DNA of 64,000 nt from assembly GCA_963706955.1 (NCBI GenBank), contig CAVPOC010000008.1:960001-1024000 (forward strand), given 5' to 3'. Under the pieces are notes generated by a model, which was given only the letters and a program-made list of their open reading frames with translations, searched no databases and was not told the origin of the DNA. The position numbers and the translations under genes are program-made. This DNA comes from an uncultured Verrucomicrobiae bacterium (GTDB lineage: Bacteria > Verrucomicrobiota > Verrucomicrobiia > Chthoniobacterales > Terrimicrobiaceae). Positions 57,126-64,000 of this stretch are shown piece by piece; the stretch's first letter is position 1, and every line of letters starts with the position of its first letter.

Positions 57126-58805
57126 TTAGTGCACGGCCGCGAGCGCGGCAAAGACTTCTGCGACGGCCACGGCGCCGGGATCAGGTACATCGGTCAGCGA
57201 GCGCGCGCTCAGGTAGGAGGAACGGCCGGCTCCCGCACGATCCATCTTCGCCGTTGCCTCGGCACCCGCACGCGCCATTTCCGCCGCGCGGGGGAGCCCC
57301 TCGCCCGCCAGCAGGGCTTTGTTGGCTGGCACAAGGGCATCGATCATGGTGCGATCTCCGACCGCGGCACCGCCATAGGTTTGCAGACTCGCAATCCCAC
57401 TCTCGAGCGCCTTCGGCCAGGCTCCGGTCTGCGCATACGCGCGACCGATTGAAGTGAGGAAAATCGAGAGAAGCACACCGCTCGATCCTCCCATGCTTCC
57501 AGCCAAGACGTCGCTCATGGCCTGGCATAGGTCCGGTGCATCTGCCAGGGGAAGATCATCGATGGACTGGAGGATTGCCTTCGCGCCGATTGCGAGTGTG
57601 GAACCGGTATCCCCGTCGCCGACCCGGGCGTCCAACTCATTCAGCCGATCTTCCAACCCAAGCAAGCACTGCGCGGATCCTACAACCAGCCGACGCATGG
57701 CACCATCTTTGGTCGCGGTAAACTCCCTCTGCTTAAGAACAGATGGGAGCTCACTAATCCGAAGCGGCGCCACTGGCCTGGCTGGGGTCCACGCCGCCGG
57801 ACTCACTGGCGCAAGGAGGCCAGCCCGTGACACTTCATCCAGCTCAAGAAGCGAGACGGAAAAACCATTCATATCGAGGGAAGTCATATACGACCCGGGC
57901 CCGATGATGAGATCGATCTGGCGCGCGAAGGAGGAACGCATTACCTCACCGGCGAGCAAACTCATCTCGAGAACTGGGACCGAGCCGAGGTTATTGAGGA
58001 GGACCGCATATCGCGCCTCTGGATTAGGCAGCCTGCTTTCCAGCCGGTGGAGAAGCGTCTCCGTCAACTCGCGCGCCGACGCCATGGGGATAAGCTCCAC
58101 GCCGGGTTCGCCGTGAATACCGAGCCCTAACTCCGCCTGGTCTCCTGCGAGCCGGAAATCGACTGGATGCCCCGGCACGCTGCAGGTGGAAAGGGAAATC
58201 CCAAGCGACCAGGTGCTACGCGCGACCTTTTCCGCCGCCGCCCGGACATCCTCAAGAGAACGCCCCTGTTCAGCAAGATAGCCGGCAATCTTATGGACGA
58301 AAAGGGTGCCGGCGATTCCGCGCGGCTGTCTCGTCCCTGGAATGGCGACGTCGTCCGACACGATGACCATGGCGACATTCTTGCCGAGGCTCTTCGCGCG
58401 CTCGACCGCCAGACCGAAATTCAGTCGATCCCCAGTATAGTTTTTGACGATGACCAGACAACCGGGTTCGCCGGTGACGCTTAGAATGCCAGCCAGAATC
58501 GCCTCGACCTGGGGCGACGCGAAAATTTCCCCGGAAACCGCGGCGGTGAGCATTCCGGCGCCAACAAATCCTGCATGCGCAGGTTCGTGCCCGGCCCCGC
58601 CGCCGGAGATCACCGCCACCCGGTCGCGCTTCCAATCGCCGCGGAGAATGACTTTTATTCGAGGATACCCGTCCAGGCGCACCCGCTCCCCGGGCCCACT
58701 GGCGTGGAGCAATCCATCCAACGCATCGGTGACAATGTTTTCGCCCTTATTGACAAACCGCTTTCCGGAACGTGAGGAGTCGCTGTCAATACGACCTGTC
58801 GCCAT
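57126..58805 (-). CDS. dhaK: dihydroxyacetone kinase, fused DhaK-DhaL (ATP-dependent type)
   Basis: SGGGAGHEPAHAGFVG.GML, KNYTGD, GLGIHGEPG, GDGDTG, GDRTMID and GRSSY...PDPGA motifs. Confidence 0.93.
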   Translation of the reverse strand: MATGRIDSDSSRSGKRFVNKGENIVTDALDGLLHASGPGERVRLDGYPRIKVILRGDWKRDRVAVISGGGAGHEPAHAGFVGAGMLTAAVSGEIFASPQVEAILAGILSVTGEPGCLVIVKNYTGDRLNFGLAVERAKSLGKNVAMVIVSDDVAIPGTRQPRGIAGTLFVHKIAGYLAEQGRSLEDVRAAAEKVARSTWSLGISLSTCSVPGHPVDFRLAGDQAELGLGIHGEPGVELIPMASARELTETLLHRLESRLPNPEARYAVLLNNLGSVPVLEMSLLAGEVMRSSFARQIDLIIGPGSYMTSLDMNGFSVSLLELDEVSRAGLLAPVSPAAWTPARPVAPLRISELPSVLKQREFTATKDGAMRRLVVGSAQCLLGLEDRLNELDARVGDGDTGSTLAIGAKAILQSIDDLPLADAPDLCQAMSDVLAGSMGGSSGVLLSIFLTSIGRAYAQTGAWPKALESGIASLQTYGGAAVGDRTMIDALVPANKALLAGEGLPRAAEMARAGAEATAKMDRAGAGRSSYLSARSLTDVPDPGAVAVAEVFAALAAVH

Positions 58806-59384
58806 ATGGGTCTAAGATTCGTAGACGGTTCTCTACAAGGTCAAGCTCGCGCAAAGTTAAGCACGCGAGGCGCGGCGAGGCGCGTGCGCTCCCCAGAGTC
58901 GACGCAAGACTGAGCCACTGAAAACTGGATGCACCAGGAGGAAAGGGTAGGATAAAACTCGAACGGTCGTTCTCAGGCAAATATTTTGGAGGACCGTTTC
59001 GGCTCTTCGCTTCCGCAGCTCGCCTCGACCTCTGCGGGATCCAACACGGTGGCGCTCCTCTTCCTCGCGCACCAATTGCGTGTACCGATGGCACAGACGG
59101 TGAATGAGGCTCGTGACTTTCGGCACGCCGATCTTTCCAAGGCCACACCGACCAGGTTATGAGCGCGGTCTTTAGTGTCGCGATGCCATTTATTAGTGGA
59201 ATGCCAGGCTTCTGTCTCTCGAGGAGATTCCAATGATAAGGCGAACGGGGGTGCTGCCGTTTATCGGTGGAATGCGGCCCTTAATCGGTGGACGGAGTGT
59301 CACGCCGCTTTGTTGACGCCTCTGTGGCCAACGAAGGCCCATTTTTTCAGCCCACCGGAGCCAGGTCAAGCCGCTGACGGAATA

Positions 59385-59604
59385 CTAGGCGCTTCTTTGC
59401 TCGGCGTGCTTCTTCCAGACGCTCATTTCTCCTTCCAGGGAGCACAAAAAAATGTTCAGCGTGCTTCCCCTCCTCGACGAGCATTTCACCCGCGGGAAGC
59501 CTCCATTCTTCAGTCTCTTCGACGCAAACCTTATCTTCATCTTTCGGGCTCGCAAAGAGGGGAACCTGGCGGAGCAGGTTCATCACCGCCTTGCTGTCCG
59601 TCAT
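59385..59604 (-). pseudogene. N-terminal cNMP-binding domain fragment
   Basis: LRQVPLF......AGEMLVEEG..AEHFFVL then frameshift to LEGEMSVWKK and a stop. Confidence 0.65.
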
Positions 59605-60462
59605 TTGTGCGATGGTAGTCAAAATCGTTCTAGGTATTGATAGCTCTCTAACAATTTTAACACGCCTTCTGCTATTTGCAGTCGATACAGGTGTCTGGCC
59701 GGTAGGGCGGTTTGTCGCATAGCAGAACGCGTCTCCCGCTGCACAGTGGCCGCATACGTGCCGGACAAATTCCGAAAATTTCCAAAATTTCTGCAAATTT
59801 GTTCTTCAACAACCCGATTGCTCTATATGGAGAGAGACGCCCCCCGACAAAACCCGGGTCCTCCCCCGGTCGACGCGTTCAAGGGTAAGCATGCTTTTTC
59901 CTGATAGTGAGAGGCGGGAAAAGTCGGCGGTTGGTGCGAGATGTTGCAGTGCATCGTTCACACCAAACCGCAAAGCCTCACCCTTATACTTGACTCGGCC
60001 TAACCATCCCCTGGGCTGCGCAAGCTCAAGCCAGCTGACCAGGGGCTTTAAAAGGCTTTGCTGTCTGATCGGCTCAAATCGGATACTCAAGCACCGTAAA
60101 AATGTCTGCGCGGCCCTACTGTGAAGCAAGAATGGGCCGATTTGAGTCTCGACAGAGCCGGCCTCTCCACGCTGGGCCGTATCACATGAAAGGCTGCGCA
60201 ACGCCTGCACATAAAACCCCCTCGATTTTCAGAGTGTTCCACTGAAGGGACAGCGCGCGAAATCAGTCGCACACAAGACAATTGTTTTGTGTGCAAATCC
60301 GGTCTCAATGTGCGATGTTCATCGCGAGGCTGTGGCCAGATTACGAACACAAGGCCGCACAGGGCGCGCCATTGCCCAGGAATTCGCCAAGCAAGTTCAC
60401 AAGATGACTTTACACACGGGTCTCGACCGACGTCAGCGGCCGGTCGATGCCGCGCGGAACGT

Positions 60463-60712
60463 CTAGGCCAGGGCCTCGGCCATTGTGCGCATCTGGACCT
60501 CAATGATGCGTGACTTGGCCGATTGGATGCAGGCCAGGAGCACTGCCGAGGCGACATCTTCGGCATCGAGCATGTCGGATTGTGCGACGCTTTGTTCGGT
60601 TCTTCCTTTTCCCAAAGCGAATTCGGTTTTGACGCCTCCTGGGCAGATCGCACCTATCTTTATTCCACTTTGACGAAGTTCCTTATCCAACGCCTGAGCA
60701 AACCCGGCGTAG
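60463..60712 (-). pseudogene. C-terminal fragment of an SDR oxidoreductase
   Basis: GFAQALDKELRQSGIKIGAICPGGVKTEF...LDAEDVA; no Rossmann or YxxxK part upstream. Confidence 0.8.
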
Positions 60713-60718
60713 TAAGAC

Positions 60719-60799
60719 TTGGACATATCGCACTTAATTGGACACAACGCTTTCACCTGCTGCGTTGCATGCAAACGCCGCAAAGTAGTAGGTGCCCGG
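60719..60799 (-). pseudogene. degenerate duplicate of FN3 segment 61594-61674
   Basis: Reads PGTYYFAAFACNAAGESVVSN*VRYVQ versus PGTYYFAAFAYNDAGESAASNEVQYVQ. Confidence 0.8.
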
Positions 60800-61038
60800 C
60801 TTCAATGATAGCCTGCGCGATTGCGAAGGTGCGACTAGGGCCGCGAGCTTGCCGATGGCACCAGCGATGCCGTCTTGGAGCGCCTTGTATCGGCTCCTAA
60901 ATGTAAGACTCTCCTTTCGCGATGTTTACCGCTTCGCGAAAAGCTGTTGTTTTGAACAACGAGTGCCGAGAGTGTAGGACGCCAAAGTCAGGGTAGCCAG
61001 TAGCGAGCCTTATTGGCTTTTGGTCGCCTATCAAAGAT

Positions 61039-61833
61039 TCAGTATGTTGCTTCAACCTCCACGTCCAGAGAGGTAGGGACGGTCAGAGTGGTTTGGTTGC
61101 TCTGAGGGTTTGCGAGTGCTCCGGTGTCTCCGGTCCACGTCTGAAAGGCTTTGCCGTTGACGCTGGCCGGCGCGGTGATGTTCACCTGTTCTCCCGGCAT
61201 GTGCTTGGTCTTCACTGTGACCGCGCGCGGCCCTTGTGTCGGGATAGGCGTCGGGACTGTCGCGACAATGATCGGCCCGGAGCGGGCTATCAGGATGAAG
61301 TCATTATTGGCGTAAAAGCGGAGTTCGTAGGTTCCCGGTACAGGGGTGCTGAAGGTCAGCGTTGCGTCCGTGATCCCTGTCGGTGGAATGGTTCTTGCGT
61401 TGGTGAGATACTTCCAATAGCCCCGCTCTACGGTGATCGGGTCTTCAATCAGGGCAAGCGTTACCCAGTCGGTGGTGTTTCCCGGCCCGTTTCGTACGAT
61501 CGCCTGAAACACCTCGTTCGGTGCGACCGCTAAGCGGCTTGCTTCTGCGGTTGGTCCGGCCGGGGTTGGCGTGGGAGTTGGTATCGGCTCGGCTTGAACA
61601 TATTGCACTTCGTTTGATGCTGCGCTTTCGCCCGCATCGTTGTACGCGAAGGCCGCGAAGTAGTACGTGCCCGGTGCTAGTCCGGTTACTTCGGTCTGGC
61701 TAGCGGTTCCGGCGTCTTGAACGACCGTGTAGACCCCTGGCTGCGTCCCGTATTTCAGCCGATACCCGCTTACAGGTGGAGGAGTTGCTGACGGATCCCA
61801 AGCGAGGATGATTGCGAGAACAAAAGGTATCAT
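61039..61833 (-). CDS. FN3 domain protein with Pro/Thr linkers, Ig-like domain and C-terminal InlB-B-repeat-like domain
   Basis: LAWDPS..GYRLKYG...GL.PGTYYF...YN.AGES..SNEV; PTPTPTP; GTYELRFY; AF..WTGD. Confidence 0.8.
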   Translation of the reverse strand: MIPFVLAIILAWDPSATPPPVSGYRLKYGTQPGVYTVVQDAGTASQTEVTGLAPGTYYFAAFAYNDAGESAASNEVQYVQAEPIPTPTPTPAGPTAEASRLAVAPNEVFQAIVRNGPGNTTDWVTLALIEDPITVERGYWKYLTNARTIPPTGITDATLTFSTPVPGTYELRFYANNDFILIARSGPIIVATVPTPIPTQGPRAVTVKTKHMPGEQVNITAPASVNGKAFQTWTGDTGALANPQSNQTTLTVPTSLDVEVEATY

Positions 61834-62249
61834 TGAATTCCTACGTTGCGCGGGGGGTTCGGGTTTCCGCTGTTTTGGCGCAGCACCGTTGAGGTGTGTA
61901 CCGTGGCGTCGTAGTCCGGGTTTCCGAAAGCGGTGACCGCAAAATCAATCTTGCTTCCGACGTTCACTTGAACGTTGGGAACACTGGAGTAGCTCACCGG
62001 CATCGCAACCTCTTCATTGGTGAGGAAGAAAAGCTTTTGCGTCTCGACGATGATCTCCGCGTCTATCATCGCCATCGAAAGCATCCAGAGAACGCTAATG
62101 CGTACTGCTGAGACCATAGCCCGGGCTGAAGTCATTGCTTGGAAGCCACGCCGGCCAGCCCATTCCAGTGCCGAAGGCGATTGGTCCATTTGCATGACTA
62201 AGCAAACCGGACCGCCTCGCTCAGGATTGGGCGGAACCAAATCTTTCAT
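61830..62249 (-). CDS. hypothetical protein (possibly only the 3' half is real)
   Basis: ATGA stop/start overlap with the FN3 gene; C-terminal PNPPRNV; 5' half unconvincing. Confidence 0.4.
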   Translation of the reverse strand: MKDLVPPNPERGGPVCLVMQMDQSPSALEWAGRRGFQAMTSARAMVSAVRISVLWMLSMAMIDAEIIVETQKLFFLTNEEVAMPVSYSSVPNVQVNVGSKIDFAVTAFGNPDYDATVHTSTVLRQNSGNPNPPRNVGIQ

Positions 62250-62754
62250 CTGAGAAAGGACCTTTCCGTCAATATTGGGCGATGGCTTCGACGAAACGCC
62301 AATTAGGTGGAAGCCGGCCGCAGCAAAGGCGGCACAGAACTAGCGTGATGCCTCTTCTCCCGAAAACGGCAGCCGCTAAGCGGTCCAGGAGCACAAGCGA
62401 GCCCGACCCTTGTTAAATAATATACGGTCAAGCCGGACCGGCATGCTGGATGCGAATACTGGATTGGAATCGTCGGTCACTTAGTCTGCAAAATCGAGGG
62501 GCTTCCATCCTGTGAGTTCATAGGAGGCAACTAGAATGCTAATCACACGGGCTCCCTTACGCAAATGTAATGTGATAAAGCCTATTATAATTTTCAGGAA
62601 TGGGACGGGGACGTTACGAATGGACCAAAAAGAGGTCCATCCATTCTCGACAACTCTAATTGTTTATACTGAGGGCGAGATAGCCGCTAAGTCATCTCGC
62701 AAGAGGGCACGTGCGTGTCGTATGAAATTGGGTGGTTCAGTCTATTTTTCGCAG

Positions 62755-63385
62755 CTAGTGCAACGTATCAGATGAAACAGCTACGCTGCGATTCGATTGG
62801 TTGGGTTCGCGTAGGTCCATCGAAGGGGAGTGGCAGTCTTATTGTAGGCTTTGACGTAGCGCATGAGTTTGCGACGCAGGTCGGCCACGGATGCGAAGAC
62901 TCCACGGGCATCACGTGGCGCTGGACTTTGGAGAACCAATTTTCGACTTGGTGGAGCCAGGAACGATAAGTGGGCGTGTAATGCAGCGACAGTTTTGGGT
63001 GGTCGGCCAGGAAGCGCTCCACGAGCTTGGTTTTGTGGGCGGAGAGGTTGTCCACGATAAGATGGATTTCCTTGCCGGAGGGTTGTGTGGCGACGACTTC
63101 TTGGAGAAAGCGGACGAACTCCTGGCTGGGGTGGCGGCTGGCAGTGCTTCCGATGAGCTGGCCGCTGCTGGTCTCCAGGGCGGAATAAAGGGAGCGGGTG
63201 CCGTGACGGAAATACTCAAACCCATGACGCTCGGCCCGTCCCGGAGAGCGGCAGCACGGGATCGAGCCGGTCGAGGGCCTGGATGGCGCTCTTTTCGTCC
63301 ACGCAGAAGACGGCGGCATGGGCAGGCGGGGCCAGATACAGTCCAATGATCTCGGCGGCTTTCGCTTCGAAATCCCGAGTTCGTC
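62755..63385 (-). mobile_element. IS630 family remnant (frameshifted transposase plus terminal end)
   Basis: FEAKAAEIIGLY..PP..AVFCVDEKS.IQALDR / EY.RHGT...HLIVDNLSAHK...YTPTY.SWL.QVE.WF; ends ...GCACTAG. Confidence 0.88.
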
Positions 63386-63775
63386 GGTCTTCAAACTCAT
63401 TGCCGGGCTCTGAAGCGGGATCGCAGCACAATTTGCCAGCGCGCAGGCGGGCTAATGAAGAAAGGTTTGGAACTAACCTTGGTCCCCTGACCCACCCTTT
63501 TTGGGGGTGGCGAATGATTTGAAAAAAGTGAGGTTTCTCGCTCGACTTCAGCGCAATCGCTCCGATACGGCGTGGTTCCCGCCTGGCTGCTGCTTGCCCG
63601 CCCGATGAGCAAAGGGAGAAATCTTCACCGAATCACTCGCGGCTTTGGCCAGCGGTTTGAAAAGAACTGGTCAAGGGAGTCCGGAGCATTTTCGCTTTCG
63701 AGAAATAGAACCGGCTTTGACCTGGAGTCGCTAAACCGACCCCTTAAGACGATGAACACTTCTAACCTGACCGTT

Positions 63776-63931
63776 GGATTCCTCTGCAACGATCAATATT
63801 GCACCCGTTACATAGTGGGCACACGCGGCAAGGGTGAGGCCAATACGGGCACGAACCATCTCGGCTTCCGCTGCGTGAACACGCCGGAGCTTTGGAAAGA
63901 TAGAGTTGTTTTAAACAAGGAGACCTTATGA
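63776..63931 (+). pseudogene. C-terminal fragment of a formylglycine-generating enzyme (FGE-sulfatase) family gene
   Basis: GFLCNDQYCTRY...RG......TNHLGFRCV; upstream sequence is not FGE-like. Confidence 0.8.
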
Positions 63932-64000
63932 AGATGCTTCACCTTTTTTGCCATGGCTTTGCGGTTTTCGTGACCGCCGTTTCGATATTCGCCCAATCAC

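Noticed and set aside
59806..60210. 134-aa minus-strand ORF
   Set aside because: No motif or clear start context; lies in decayed DNA

Overview
GC-rich bacterial chromosomal window, probably Verrucomicrobiota (Chthoniobacterales/Terrimicrobium-like; inferred from protein styles, not tested). 1-45.6 kb holds metabolic, stress and housekeeping genes: nudK 3' end, DUF2252, GH130-like, CDF, MgtC, ROK kinase, NCS2, treS, trehalase, gdh, a large ABCG-type fusion, DAHP synthase, ygfA, cyclophilin, aguB and hisB/H/A. Three intergenic repeat families are dispersed among them: GTAG-type REPs, CCACAGAT...ATCTGTGG palindromes and a heptamer inverted repeat. Between 19.4 and 24.6 kb the CCACAGAT palindromes separate GNAT, SDR, FAD-monooxygenase and Fic genes like cassettes, and a perfect 35-bp copy of the treS 3' region sits inside that block. 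tRNA-Phe (45619-45691) is an integration site for a 4.3-kb island bounded by a duplicated tRNA 3' end. The island has no integrase and carries an intact ISL3 (8-bp TSD), an FRG-domain gene and a DUF4157/eCIS-core metalloprotease. Beyond it lie traces of a second tandem element, a polyol-like CUT1 ABC operon with dihydroxyacetone kinase, and a decayed region of IS3, IS630, SDR, cNMP, FN3 and FGE fragments. No CRISPR array, rRNA or integrase was seen. All functional calls come from motif recognition by eye; no database was searched.
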